From positions 224,001 through 288,000 of the forward strand of contig OY969767.1 of the NCBI GenBank assembly GCA_963702895.1: a stretch of DNA of 64,000 nucleotides. The letters run 5' to 3'. The stretch is from an uncultured Elusimicrobia bacterium. GTDB taxonomy: Bacteria > Elusimicrobiota > Elusimicrobia > 2-01-FULL-59-12. Within the stretch, counting starts at the first letter, position 1; every line of letters starts with the position of its first letter. This document shows, one piece after another, positions 38,920-49,192 of this stretch. The notes under the pieces were generated by a model. It searched no databases. It saw only the letters and a list, made by a program, of their open reading frames with translations, and was not told the DNA's origin. The position numbers were made by a program, and so were the translations under genes.

Positions 38920-40077
38920 ATGGATCACTTAAAAAGCATTTGGAGTCTGGTTCTCGCCATGGCCCTTGCCGTTCCGCTTGAAGCCAGAAGCTGTTTGGCC
39001 CCCTGCTGCCCCCCTTCGACACCGCTCGTTCAGGTGGCCCTCCTTTTGGACACGTCCAATAGCATGGACGGGCTCATCGAACAGGCCAAAAGCCAGCTCT
39101 GGCGTATCGCCAACGACTTGGCCTACTCGACCCGCTGCGGCGAGCGTCCGAGGCTTGAAATTGCCCTCTATGAATACGGGAACAATGGCCTGAGCGCGGG
39201 GGAAAACTTTATCCGTCAAGTCTTACCCTTTACAACGGATATGGATCTTATCTCGGAAAAGCTCTTTGGACTCCGGACCCATGGTGGATATGAATATTGT
39301 GGCGCGGTCATCAAAGATGCGGTGCAAAACCTGCGCTGGAGCAGGCGCGATGACGTCTACAAAACGCTTTTCATTGCCGGCAATGAGCCGTTTACTCAGG
39401 GAGCTGTCTACTTCCGTGACGCGGTGGCCCAGGCCGTGCGCAAAGACATTCGTGTGAATGCCATTTTCTGTGGCGCTTACGCCGAGGGTGTTCAAACCCA
39501 GTGGCAGGAGGGCGCGATGGCAGGTCGCGGGGCCTATCTCACGATCGATCATCACCGCGCTGTGGTCATCGATCCTACGCCCTATGATGACGAGATTTCC
39601 CGTCTTGGGTATCAGTTGAATCAAACCTATGTGGCATACGGGTCCAGGGGTCGCGCGGCTCTGGCTGATGGGGCTGTCGCTGATCGGCGTGCGGCACGCC
39701 TTCCCGCCGCTTCCGGCGCGGTCATGGAACGGGCGGCTCTTAAAGCATCGCCGATGTATTCAGGCGCCGAGTGGGACGTTGTGAGTGCGGTTGCCAGAGG
39801 GCAACAGAAGGTGTCGGAATTAAAGAAGGAGGACCTCCCTGCCGAGCTTAAGGAGAAAACAAACGCGGATCTGGAAGCTTACCTCCAAAATCAACACCAA
39901 ACCCGCGCGTCCTTACAAGCGCGCTTGGGAGAACTCAGGAAACAGCGCGACGAGTTCTTGGTGAAAAAGCAATCGGCCAAGGGCCCGAGTTCTTCAATGT
40001 CCCTGGACCAAGCCATGCGCAAGGCGATCCGCGAGCAAGCGGGCCGCTTGGAGTTCAAATTCGAGGGCGGAAAGTAG
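38920..40077 (+). CDS. Secreted VWA-domain protein
   Basis: MIDAS DTSNSM, ALYEYGN, GGYEYCG, FIAGNEPF. Confidence 0.88.
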   Translation: MDHLKSIWSLVLAMALAVPLEARSCLAPCCPPSTPLVQVALLLDTSNSMDGLIEQAKSQLWRIANDLAYSTRCGERPRLEIALYEYGNNGLSAGENFIRQVLPFTTDMDLISEKLFGLRTHGGYEYCGAVIKDAVQNLRWSRRDDVYKTLFIAGNEPFTQGAVYFRDAVAQAVRKDIRVNAIFCGAYAEGVQTQWQEGAMAGRGAYLTIDHHRAVVIDPTPYDDEISRLGYQLNQTYVAYGSRGRAALADGAVADRRAARLPAASGAVMERAALKASPMYSGAEWDVVSAVARGQQKVSELKKEDLPAELKEKTNADLEAYLQNQHQTRASLQARLGELRKQRDEFLVKKQSAKGPSSSMSLDQAMRKAIREQAGRLEFKFEGGK

Positions 40078-40100
40078 CGCAGCACAAGCCACGAAGAATT

Positions 40101-40139
40101 CCCGGACCGGCCGCCAAGAGGTCTGGCGGCCGGTCCGGG
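40101..40139. repeat. Perfect 16-bp inverted repeat with 7-nt loop
   Basis: CCCGGACCGGCCGCCA / TGGCGGCCGGTCCGGG; no U-tract. Confidence 0.85.
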
Positions 40140-40160
40140 TATGCTATCCTTATTTTCCCT

Positions 40161-40682
40161 ATGATCTTACGCATCACGCAGCTGGGCGAGCCCGTTCTGC
40201 GTAAAAGAGCTCGGGTCCTTCGCAAGTTCTCCAAGCCAGCATGCGCTGCGTTGGTCAAAAGCATGGTCCAAACGATGCGCAAGGCCAAAGGGGTGGGGAT
40301 CGCCGCCCCTCAGGTGGGCAAGTCCCTTCGCCTCTTCATCGTTGCGCCTGAGCCTAACGCTCGCTATCCTAAGGCGCCACGCGTTCCACCGGTGGCCATG
40401 ATCAATCCCGTCCTGGTGAGACATTCGAAAAAGCGTTTGACCGATTGGGAGGGCTGTTTATCGATTCCGGGCCTGCGCGCGCGGGTGCCGCGGTATAAGA
40501 CGGTCGAAATTGAATTCACGGCGCTTGATGGGCGGCGGCTTCGGGGGAAGCTGTCGGGATTTGTCGCGCGGATATTTCAGCATGAATTTGACCATATCCA
40601 TGGGAGGGTCTATCTGGATCGTGTCGAAGACACGCGGACTTGCATGACAGAAACGGAATACCGGAAACGCCTGCGTAGATAA
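40161..40682 (+). CDS. def: Peptide deformylase
   Basis: GVGIAAPQ, EGCLS, HEFDH. Confidence 0.97.
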   Translation: MILRITQLGEPVLRKRARVLRKFSKPACAALVKSMVQTMRKAKGVGIAAPQVGKSLRLFIVAPEPNARYPKAPRVPPVAMINPVLVRHSKKRLTDWEGCLSIPGLRARVPRYKTVEIEFTALDGRRLRGKLSGFVARIFQHEFDHIHGRVYLDRVEDTRTCMTETEYRKRLRR

Positions 40683-40877
40683 AATTCTTACGGCTTCTCA
40701 GAAAGTCGTGCCATCTTTAAAGTATTCCCGGCTCCTTTTGGCCTCTCCTGGGTCGCCTCGCAGAGACCCTGGCGACACCATCCTCCGCCTTGTGTGCCCT
40801 TAAGACCCTCCACAAGGCAACCTAAAATAGGTAGAATTCACCCGATTCCCGAACCTGGCTTTCGGGATTTTTTGCTT

Positions 40878-41861
40878 ATGAATAAACCCATTTCCCTTGC
40901 AATTGTGGCTTTGTCGCTCATGGCAGGGCTTCTCAGGGCGGAAAGTCCCTCCGCGGCCAAGCCCAAGGCCAAGACCGCTCCTCAAACAGTGCCAGCCACG
41001 GCGCCTGCCCAGAAATCAAGCTACAACGTTCGTCCTTCGAGCCAGACGGTCAAACGCCGAGAGGCCGTCCTGGCGATGGCCCAGGAAGCCGACCCAGCCA
41101 AAGCAGGGCCACAGCTCATGCAGGCGCTCTCAGACAAAGACCCTATGGCACGAACGCTTGCGGTTCAAGGTCTTGGGAACCTGAAATACGCCCCAGCCAG
41201 GGGAAAGCTCTCCGTGGTCCTTGCCGCCGATTCGAGTCCTGAAGTCCGGGAAGCTGCGGCGGTTGCTTTGCGGCAGATCGGTGACCCACGCGCGCTCGAC
41301 GCCCTCGCCAAAGCCATTTCCGACCCTTCTGCGAATGTCCGGATCACGGCACTCACCGGGGTGGGGTTTTACCGGGACCCCCGTGCGCGGCCCCAGGTCG
41401 AAGCCGCTTGTCAGGACCCTCTGCCCGAAGTGCGTCGGACCGCCGTCCATGTCCTCGGACGCCTGGAGGATCCACAGTCTGTTCCTGTTGTGGAAGCTCT
41501 GGTCAAGGACAACGATCCGAGCGTGCGGGCCGTGGCCGCGCAGACTTTGGGGGAATTGCACGCGACCGGTTCCAAGGCGGCGCTTCGGGACCTCTTAAAG
41601 GATGCCGACAAGGCGGTCCAAGTCTCAGCGGCCCGCTCCTTGCTTAAGCTGGGAGATAGCGAAGGTTTTGAGACAGCAAAATCCTATGCGCTTGATCCGG
41701 ATATCACGGTTCGGCTGCTGGCCATTGATGCCTTAGGGTGGAGCAAGGACCGGGAAGCAGGGCGTCTCTTAGAATCACTTTTAGCGGAGGTGCCGGCGAA
41801 TAGCCGCATGGCGGTCCAGGAGGCCCTGGCGCGGCACGAGCAATTGCGGAAGCAGAAATGA
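40878..41861 (+). CDS. Secreted HEAT-repeat protein
   Basis: Signal peptide; repeated L.D....VR..A...LG units. Confidence 0.88.
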   Translation: MNKPISLAIVALSLMAGLLRAESPSAAKPKAKTAPQTVPATAPAQKSSYNVRPSSQTVKRREAVLAMAQEADPAKAGPQLMQALSDKDPMARTLAVQGLGNLKYAPARGKLSVVLAADSSPEVREAAAVALRQIGDPRALDALAKAISDPSANVRITALTGVGFYRDPRARPQVEAACQDPLPEVRRTAVHVLGRLEDPQSVPVVEALVKDNDPSVRAVAAQTLGELHATGSKAALRDLLKDADKAVQVSAARSLLKLGDSEGFETAKSYALDPDITVRLLAIDALGWSKDREAGRLLESLLAEVPANSRMAVQEALARHEQLRKQK

Positions 41862-42637
41862 AAACCAAACACGTCCAACATCTCTTTCTCCTGGTTCTCT
41901 TCTTCTTGGTGGCCCGCGTTCCTCTTTTGGGAGAAGATGCCTCCGTCAAAGAAGATGGCAACGCGTCCTCCAGCTCCAAAGCGTTCGAGGATGCCAGTCC
42001 TATGCTTGAAGTCGTGGACATCCCAACGGCGGACATCCTGGACCCGAAAACATTTTCCACGTCCTTCCGGTTTTATTCCGAAGGTGGCGTCGTCTCTCGC
42101 CTGCTCCTGGGCCCTTTTCGGCGGCTCAATCTTGGCTTTTCCCTCGATGCGCAAAACCTCATCGGCGGCGAGGATCCTAATGTCATCCGGCCCTCCGTCT
42201 TCATTAAGTTGCGCTTCTTTGATGGAACGGACATCCTCCCGGCTTTGGCTTTGGGGTATGACAATCAGGGCTATATGTATCAGGAATCGACCAAAGAATT
42301 TTTGCAAGACGCCAAGGGGCTTTATCTGGCCGGAACTCATGAAATCTTTCTCCCTGATTTTGTGCTGCATGCCGGCATCAACTTTCCTGACCTGGGTGAT
42401 AGCGGGGCGCCCTTTGGTTTTTTTGGCGTTTCCTGGAAGATTGTCCCGACCTTCGCGCTCTTGGCGGAATACGACAATATTCAGGATGCCCCCGACAACC
42501 GGGTCAATCTTGGAGGTCGTTTCTGGGTGACGCCCTTTTTTAACGTGGATTTTGCGGCGCGCAATGTGGGTCGGGACTATGACCGCGGCGCCGAACGCAT
42601 CGTTCTCATCAATTACGTGGCCCGCTTCCCTTTTTGA
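41858..42637 (+). CDS. Putative outer-membrane beta-barrel (YjbH-like)
   Basis: Signal peptide, VDIPTADIL, PALALG, LLAEYD, C-terminal F. Confidence 0.7.
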   Translation: MKTKHVQHLFLLVLFFLVARVPLLGEDASVKEDGNASSSSKAFEDASPMLEVVDIPTADILDPKTFSTSFRFYSEGGVVSRLLLGPFRRLNLGFSLDAQNLIGGEDPNVIRPSVFIKLRFFDGTDILPALALGYDNQGYMYQESTKEFLQDAKGLYLAGTHEIFLPDFVLHAGINFPDLGDSGAPFGFFGVSWKIVPTFALLAEYDNIQDAPDNRVNLGGRFWVTPFFNVDFAARNVGRDYDRGAERIVLINYVARFPF

Positions 42638-42660
42638 TCGCCTGAGAGAATCGAGAGTCT

Positions 42661-43680
42661 ATGGCAGAACCCTTCATCGCGCTGGAATTTGAGAAACCGA
42701 TCGCGGAGCTCGAGACCAAAATCGAGGAACTCCGCTCTTGCGCCGCCACCGAGCACATGGACTTTTCCGAAGAGATTCGAACCTTGGAGGAAAAGTGTAA
42801 CGATCTCAAGCGCCAGATTTACGGAAACTTGACCCCCTGGCAGCGGGTTCAAATCGCCCGGCACCCGCAGCGCCCTTATACGCTCGACTATATTGCGGTT
42901 CTTTGCACGGAGTTCATGGAGCTCCACGGCGACCGCACCTTTTCGGATGACGCCTCCATTGTGGGGGGGCTTGCCCTTTTTGAGGGACAGCCGGTCGTGG
43001 TGATTGGGCAGCAGAAAGGACGCACGGTCCAAGAGTCCATGCGCCGCAACTTTGGGATGCCGCACCCGGAAGGTTACCGAAAGGCGCTGAGGCTCATGAA
43101 ACTCGCGGAGAAGTTTAAGCGGCCCCTCCTTTGCTTTATTGATACCCCCGGCGCCTATCCCGGCATCGGCGCAGAGGAGCGCGGCCAGGCGCGCGCGATC
43201 GCGCTCAACCTCATGGAGATGGCGGCCCTGAAGACCCCCGTCCTTTGCACCGTGATTGGAGAGGGGGGGTCCGGCGGGGCTCTTGCGATCGGTATTGGAG
43301 ACCGGCTCCTGATGTGTGAGAATGCCTGGTATTCCGTAATCTCTCCTGAAGGGTGCGCGGCGATTCTGTTTCGTGACGCTGGGCGGGCCGCGGAAGCCGC
43401 CAGTGCCCTTAAGCTGACAGCGCCGGAACTGAAGAACCTGGGTATTGTCGATGTCGTCATCCCTGAAACGCAAGGCGGGGCGCATCGCCTTCCGGGAGCC
43501 ACGATGGAGGCTTTGCGCGCCGCCCTCCTCCAAAATCTCAATCAGTTGCAGAGTCTTTCCCTCGAGCAGCTCTTGGACCAGCGGTATCAGAAGTTTCGGT
43601 CCCTGGGGGCCTGGCGTGAGGCGGAAAGTGAGAAAATTCCGAAGCGCCGCCCTCCCAGAGTCAAATCCGCTCAAATCTAA
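42661..43680 (+). CDS. accA: Acetyl-CoA carboxylase carboxyltransferase alpha
   Basis: [47 protein letters not shown]. Confidence 0.98.
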   Translation: MAEPFIALEFEKPIAELETKIEELRSCAATEHMDFSEEIRTLEEKCNDLKRQIYGNLTPWQRVQIARHPQRPYTLDYIAVLCTEFMELHGDRTFSDDASIVGGLALFEGQPVVVIGQQKGRTVQESMRRNFGMPHPEGYRKALRLMKLAEKFKRPLLCFIDTPGAYPGIGAEERGQARAIALNLMEMAALKTPVLCTVIGEGGSGGALAIGIGDRLLMCENAWYSVISPEGCAAILFRDAGRAAEAASALKLTAPELKNLGIVDVVIPETQGGAHRLPGATMEALRAALLQNLNQLQSLSLEQLLDQRYQKFRSLGAWREAESEKIPKRRPPRVKSAQI

Positions 43681-43704
43681 CTACAAACAGAGGAGACCTA
43701 ACCG

Positions 43705-44736
43705 ATGAGCACAAAAGTCGCGATCTTAACCGGCGGTGGTGATTGTCCTGGCCTCAATCCCGCAATCCGAGGTTGTGTCATGGCAGGCTTGGATATGGGA
43801 TTTGAATTTATCGGCATCTCGGAAGGCTGGCGGGGCCTGGTGGAAGGCAAGACCCAGCGTTTGGGTCTCGCTGATGTCAAAGAGATCATCGGCAAGGGGG
43901 GGACAATCCTCGGGACCTCACGCACGAACCCTTTTAAGAAAGAAGGCGCTGTGGAGAAGTGTTTGGCGACCTTCAAAAGGTTGAATCTTGATGCACTGGT
44001 GGCTTTGGGAGGCGAAGATACCCTCGGTGTCGCCGCGCGATTTTACAGGGAACATCAGATGCCGGTCGTCGGGGTGCCCAAGACCATGGACAATGATCTG
44101 GCGGCCACCGACTATACCTTCGGTTTTGATACCGCCACGACCATCGCGGTGGACGCCGTGGAACGGTTGCGCGATACAGGGCGCAGCCACAGGCGCATTA
44201 TGGTGCTTGAGGTCATGGGACGCCACGCCGGGTGGGTCGCGCTCTTTACCGCGGTCGCCTCTGCTGCGGACTGGGTGCTCCTGCCTGAGCGGAAAACGGA
44301 TGTCAAGGCCATGTGTAAGCATCTTCAAGAGGTCCACGCCCGCGACCAGGTCGCGATCGTGGTCACCTCAGAAGCTGTCGAACTTCCGGGTTTGAAGAAA
44401 GAGGGTGAAGAACTGGACCAGTTTGGGCACATGCTCCTCAAAAACCGTGGGCTCGGCGAAAAAGTCGCGGAGATCATCGAGAAAGAAACGGGGATTGAGA
44501 CCCGCTCGGCCGTGGTCGGTCACATTCAGCGCGGGGGGAGCCCCACCCTTTTTGACCGCATCCTGGGCACCAAGGTGGGCGTGAAGGCGGCGGAACTTGT
44601 TGCCAAAAAGAAGTTCGGCCAGATGGTGGCTCTTCATGGCAATGTGGTTGTGGATGTTTCTTTGGAAGAGGCGACGGCTGAACTTAAGACCGTGCCCCCG
44701 GAGTGGCTCAGGATGGCTGATATTTTCTTTAAATAA
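43705..44736 (+). CDS. pfkA: 6-phosphofructokinase (group III type; GGED/PKT signature)
   Basis: TGGGDCPGLN, GGTILGTSR, GGEDT, PKTMDND, EVMGRHAGW, GHIQRGG. Confidence 0.95.
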   Translation: MSTKVAILTGGGDCPGLNPAIRGCVMAGLDMGFEFIGISEGWRGLVEGKTQRLGLADVKEIIGKGGTILGTSRTNPFKKEGAVEKCLATFKRLNLDALVALGGEDTLGVAARFYREHQMPVVGVPKTMDNDLAATDYTFGFDTATTIAVDAVERLRDTGRSHRRIMVLEVMGRHAGWVALFTAVASAADWVLLPERKTDVKAMCKHLQEVHARDQVAIVVTSEAVELPGLKKEGEELDQFGHMLLKNRGLGEKVAEIIEKETGIETRSAVVGHIQRGGSPTLFDRILGTKVGVKAAELVAKKKFGQMVALHGNVVVDVSLEEATAELKTVPPEWLRMADIFFK

Positions 44737-44787
44737 AATCTAAATTTCCCCTTTCAAAACAGAAGTTTTTCTGCTAAGGATACAAGC

Positions 44788-45855
44788 ATGCGTGGCTATG
44801 ATTTGTTAGCGGCGGCCGCCACCCAAAAAGCATCGGATGTGCATCTTGTCCCGGGGGCGCAGCCACTCTTACGAATAGAAGGTCAACTGATCCCTTTTGC
44901 CGGAAGCGCGGTCCTCACTTCCGATGAAGTCCAGCAATTTGTTCTGCCTCTTTTAACCGAACGGCAGCGACAACATCTGGGCAAAGATTTCTGCGTCGAT
45001 TTCTCCCTGGAAGTCAGCGGCATGCGTTACCGCGGCAATGTGCTTTTTCAAAAGAACGGTATCGAGGCTGTTTTCCGGCTGATCAACTCACAAATCCCCA
45101 CCGTCGAGGAACTGCTGCTGCCGGAAGCCGTCGCCGATTTTTCGACGTTGAAGAATGGCCTGGTGCTGGTGACCGGGACGACAGGTGCTGGAAAATCCAC
45201 GACCTTGGCTTGCCTGATCAACCTGATCAACGAAAAACGACGCGGCAATATCATCACGATCGAAGACCCCATTGAGTATGTGCACACGAATAAGAAATGC
45301 ATTATCAGTCAAAGGGAGATTGGCTTGCACGCGCCGGATTTTGCGACGGCGCTTCGTTATGTGATGCGGCAGGACCCCGATGTCGTGATGGTGGGGGAGA
45401 TGCGGGACCTCGAGACCATCTCAGCCGCCATCTCCGTCGCGGAGACAGGCCACCTCGTGTTTGCCACGCTTCACTCCAGCAACACGGTCCAGTCGATTGA
45501 TCGCATGATCGACATCTTCCCGGCCGAACAGCAACCCCAAATCAAGGCACAGTTGTCCAGCGTGCTGCGCGCTGTGGTCTCTCAGTTTCTCATCCCACGC
45601 ATCGGCGGCAAAGGCCTTGTGGCGGTGCGCGAGGTGATGATCGTCAACCCCGCCATACGAAATCTTATTCGAGGCTCCAAAATCCATGAAATCTATTCCG
45701 CGATCGAAATGGGCTATCGTGAGGGGATGGTGACGTTTCCTCGCGCCATTGCTGAACTGGTCAGCGAAGGGATCATCGATGCTCGTTATCTCAGCTCGTT
45801 TGATCAGAACCCTAGCCCCAGGCAGAGAAAGGGTCCTGCGGCATCCATGGCCTAA
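44788..45855 (+). CDS. PilT/PilU-family type IV pilus retraction ATPase (paralog 1)
   Basis: ASDVHL, GTTGAGKST, TIEDPIE, RQDPD, GEMRD, AETGHLVFATLH, AIRNLIR. Confidence 0.93.
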   Translation: MRGYDLLAAAATQKASDVHLVPGAQPLLRIEGQLIPFAGSAVLTSDEVQQFVLPLLTERQRQHLGKDFCVDFSLEVSGMRYRGNVLFQKNGIEAVFRLINSQIPTVEELLLPEAVADFSTLKNGLVLVTGTTGAGKSTTLACLINLINEKRRGNIITIEDPIEYVHTNKKCIISQREIGLHAPDFATALRYVMRQDPDVVMVGEMRDLETISAAISVAETGHLVFATLHSSNTVQSIDRMIDIFPAEQQPQIKAQLSSVLRAVVSQFLIPRIGGKGLVAVREVMIVNPAIRNLIRGSKIHEIYSAIEMGYREGMVTFPRAIAELVSEGIIDARYLSSFDQNPSPRQRKGPAASMA

Positions 45856-45921
45856 GAAGAAAACACACTTCGAGGAGATGGCCCCGCGGGGGGAGAGCGC
45901 GAGAAGAATCGGGGACACAGG

Positions 45922-46992
45922 ATGGAAATGATCGACATCTTAAAAGCCGTGGTGCAAAAAGGAGCCTCGGACCTTCATCTCGTTATTGGCCAGGCGCCGA
46001 TGATCCGCTACGACGGCGAACTGAAGCCCATGAGCGAGTTTCCTGTGCTTACGGCGGAAGAATCAAGGCGACTCATCTTCACGCTGCTTTCCGACGAGCA
46101 GCGCGCACATTTTGAGAAAGAGTGGGAGCTTGACTTCTCTGTGGCCGTGGGCGAGCTCGCGCGGTTTCGAACCAATGTGCTCATGCACAAGAATGGCGTG
46201 GAAGCCGTTTTGCGCGTCATCGCGAGCAAGATCCCGTCGGCAGAGGAACTGGGACTGTCTGCGGCCATCGCGGAGCTGGCGAATCTTCCCCGGGGACTGG
46301 TGCTTGTGACCGGCCCAACGGGTTCCGGGAAGTCGACGACCTTGTCTTGCCTTATTAACGTCATCAATCAAAGGCGGCATTGTCATATCTTGACGATCGA
46401 AGATCCTATCGAATTTGTCTATGAAAACAAAAATTCCATTATTCGTCAGAGAGAAATTGGACAACACTCCCATACGTTTGCCGCTTCCCTCAAGCACGCG
46501 CTACGGCAAGACCCGGACGTGGTGATGATTGGTGAAATGCGCGATTTGGAAACCATCGGAGCGGCCCTCACCATGGCGGAAACCGGGCACCTGGTTTTTG
46601 CCACCCTCCACACGACGGACGCCGCGCAAACAGTCGACCGCATTATTGATGTGTTTCCGGCGCACCAACAGCAGCAGGTGCGCATCCAGCTGAGCAGCGT
46701 CCTGAAAGCCGTCGTCTGTCAAACGCTCGTACCTCGGTTCAACGCCCAAGGAAGAGTCGCGGCCAGGGAAGTGATGATTGTCACGCAGGCGATTGCGAAC
46801 CTCATTCGCGAAGGCAAGACGCACCAGATCTACAGCGCCATTGACACGGGCTCGCGTGTGGGCATGATGAGTCTGGACAAGGCACTTTTGGACCTCGTCA
46901 GAAAGAACATGATCTCCATGGAGGATGCTCTGGGTAAAGCGAATCATCCAGAGTTTATACGGGGCTCGCCGCTCTCCACGGCGGCCTCTTAA
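45922..46992 (+). CDS. pilT: Type IV pilus retraction ATPase PilT (paralog 2)
   Basis: GPTGSGKSTTL, TIEDPIE, AETGHLVFATLHT, AIANLIREGKTHQI. Confidence 0.93.
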   Translation: MEMIDILKAVVQKGASDLHLVIGQAPMIRYDGELKPMSEFPVLTAEESRRLIFTLLSDEQRAHFEKEWELDFSVAVGELARFRTNVLMHKNGVEAVLRVIASKIPSAEELGLSAAIAELANLPRGLVLVTGPTGSGKSTTLSCLINVINQRRHCHILTIEDPIEFVYENKNSIIRQREIGQHSHTFAASLKHALRQDPDVVMIGEMRDLETIGAALTMAETGHLVFATLHTTDAAQTVDRIIDVFPAHQQQQVRIQLSSVLKAVVCQTLVPRFNAQGRVAAREVMIVTQAIANLIREGKTHQIYSAIDTGSRVGMMSLDKALLDLVRKNMISMEDALGKANHPEFIRGSPLSTAAS

Positions 46993-47005
46993 GAACGAGA
47001 AACGG

Positions 47006-47986
47006 ATGGCACGTGACATCATAGAGGGGCTCAAGGCACTGCAAGGGTTTAATATCCTTGCTGATCCTGTACTCGCCACCCTGGCCAGCTATGCCAAGGT
47101 GCGTTCCGTTCGAGCGTGTGAAACGGTGTTTTGTCAGGGAGAGCCGTCCCCCTACTTCTTTGGCGTACTCTCCGGCGAGGTGACGATTCAAAGAAGCTCG
47201 AAAGATAAACGATTTCAAAACAAAATCATCGGTATCGTGGGCCCTGGAGGTCTCTTCGGTGAGTCCGCGATCTTTGAAGACAGCCCGCGCGTGGCCATGG
47301 CTTCCGCCTCCAAAGACAGCGAGCTCTTGGTCGTCAAGGGAGTCCATTTTAGAGACTGGATGTGCAAGAACCCTCAAGAAGCCCAACCTCTCCTTTTGGC
47401 GTTGCTCAAGACCTCTCTGAGCCGTCTTCATCGCACCAATCTTGAGCTTTCTGTCGTCTATGGCATAGGGCGCGTGCTGGGCTCCAGCAAAGCTTTCCCC
47501 GAACAACTCATTTCCGTGTTGGACTTTATGAAGAGCTCTCTGGAAGGGCTTGATGACATCGTCGTGTATCAGCGCAACGCTTTTTGGGAGGAATTTGAGC
47601 CTCTCCAGAGCCTCCCACATCTGAAGAATCTGCCAGCTGTTCCTCTCAGCAATGAATTAATCCAGAAGGCGAGCACGCTCGGTGCGATATGGGCTTTTGA
47701 ACCAAAATCTTTTCCAATGCCTCTGGAGGCCTTTCGATTGGATTGGGGATCGCGGGCTTCTGTGGCCATTGTTCCTCTTTTAAATTGGGAGAAAGCCGCC
47801 GCTTCTCTGCAAGGGCTTTTACTGATGGCAAGCAAACACAATGCCGGTTATTTCCATGCCGAGAAGCAGCTCCTTTACACATCCGTAGCGCGGCAATTTT
47901 CCGAGGCCCTCTCTCGCTATGAGCGCTTCCAGGAGCTCGAGGCGCAGTCCCGCCTCCAGCATTCCAAGCAGTCTTTTCAGCCATAA
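47006..47986 (+). CDS. Cyclic-nucleotide-binding domain protein with GAF-like C-terminus
   Basis: VFCQGEP, GGLFGESAIFEDSPRVAMA (phosphate-binding cassette); VAIVPL...GLLLMAS...F. Confidence 0.8.
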   Translation: MARDIIEGLKALQGFNILADPVLATLASYAKVRSVRACETVFCQGEPSPYFFGVLSGEVTIQRSSKDKRFQNKIIGIVGPGGLFGESAIFEDSPRVAMASASKDSELLVVKGVHFRDWMCKNPQEAQPLLLALLKTSLSRLHRTNLELSVVYGIGRVLGSSKAFPEQLISVLDFMKSSLEGLDDIVVYQRNAFWEEFEPLQSLPHLKNLPAVPLSNELIQKASTLGAIWAFEPKSFPMPLEAFRLDWGSRASVAIVPLLNWEKAAASLQGLLLMASKHNAGYFHAEKQLLYTSVARQFSEALSRYERFQELEAQSRLQHSKQSFQP

Positions 47987-48061
47987 TTTCAAGCTAGACT
48001 ATTCTCAGACCCTCAAAACAATTGGGCCTATCGGCCCTTCTTTTTAGAGCCTTTTGGTTTA

Positions 48062-48090
48062 TTGCTCAAATTCTCGCTATGAAATAAGCT
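48062..48090 (+). promoter_or_regulatory. Putative sigma70 promoter for a leaderless transcript
   Basis: TTGCTC-17 nt-TAAGCT, 6 nt before ATG 48097, no SD. Confidence 0.45.
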
Positions 48091-48096
48091 GTTCGT

Positions 48097-49152
48097 ATGC
48101 GCGTTAAGACCCGAGCACTTCCCGGTATGTTCTTGCTCGCTTCCCTCTTCCTTCCCGTCGTCATGTACGGTCGATCGGGAGTGACGGACCTCTCTTCTGT
48201 TCAGAAAAAGATCGGTGTTCCAAAAACAATGGCCCGAGTCGTTGACGCGTCATGGGACAGTCCGGAGACTCCTCGTATCTCAGGGGGTCTCTACGGCCCT
48301 CAAGGGACCTATGTTCTTCCGAGTACGGGGCGGATGCCCGATCTGATTCTCATTCAGGACGTTCACAGAAACCCAGAAGTCCAATCACGGATTGCCGCCT
48401 TGGTGTTGCATGGCTATAAACACTGGGGGGTGAATAAGGTGTTTGTGGAGGGTGCGGTGACATCTTTGGACTTGTCGCTTTTCCATCGCATTCCCAAGAA
48501 GGTCCTACCAGCGCTGACGCGTCGCTTGGTTTATGATGCCGATCTCTCGGGTCCGGAACTGGCAGCCGTCCAGATCCTGGAAAAGGAATGGAGCAACCCT
48601 CCCTTGTCGCCGTTTCAGGTCCACGGTTTGGAAGACCCAGAACTCTACAGGCAAAATGTCCTGGCCTATCAGGCCGTGGTGCAAAGTCGTGATCGGGCCT
48701 TAGAGGACATCGCGCTTCTTCACGAGCAACGGAAGGCAGTCGGCTATCCCAGTACGGGGGCTGGGGAGCAGGGGCTTCGCCTCCTCGAAAGGCTCTTGCG
48801 CCTCAAACTCACCCCCCAGGAATATGAAATCTTTCTCATGTATAAGGACATCGCTCCTTCAACACCGAATTTGAACAAGGCGGTCCGTGCGGCGCTGCGC
48901 TATTATCATTTGGCAAGGTTGCGCAGCGGCGCTTTTATAGAGAACACCTTCGGCAAGGTCCCCGCCTCGAAGGCGCCCCGTATGGTGGTGGTGGGTGGCT
49001 TCCATACCGAGGATATGGCACGCTACCTGCGCCATGAGGGTCGGTCCTTTATCATTCTGTCTCCTGTGGTGAGCCCGGTGCCGCAGAATTCCCTCTACGA
49101 GCAGCGCATGCAGGAGACCGTCTTGGCTGTGACCGAGACCCTTTCACCCTAA
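48097..49152 (+). CDS. Secreted hypothetical protein with EreA/ChaN-like motif pattern
   Basis: Signal peptide; ILIQDVH, FVEGA, SGPE, GLED..LY..N, VVGGFH. Confidence 0.7.
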   Translation: MRVKTRALPGMFLLASLFLPVVMYGRSGVTDLSSVQKKIGVPKTMARVVDASWDSPETPRISGGLYGPQGTYVLPSTGRMPDLILIQDVHRNPEVQSRIAALVLHGYKHWGVNKVFVEGAVTSLDLSLFHRIPKKVLPALTRRLVYDADLSGPELAAVQILEKEWSNPPLSPFQVHGLEDPELYRQNVLAYQAVVQSRDRALEDIALLHEQRKAVGYPSTGAGEQGLRLLERLLRLKLTPQEYEIFLMYKDIAPSTPNLNKAVRAALRYYHLARLRSGAFIENTFGKVPASKAPRMVVVGGFHTEDMARYLRHEGRSFIILSPVVSPVPQNSLYEQRMQETVLAVTETLSP

Positions 49153-49192
49153 CCACGCTGACTTGTAGTACGATACCTTTGCGGTGTCGCCG

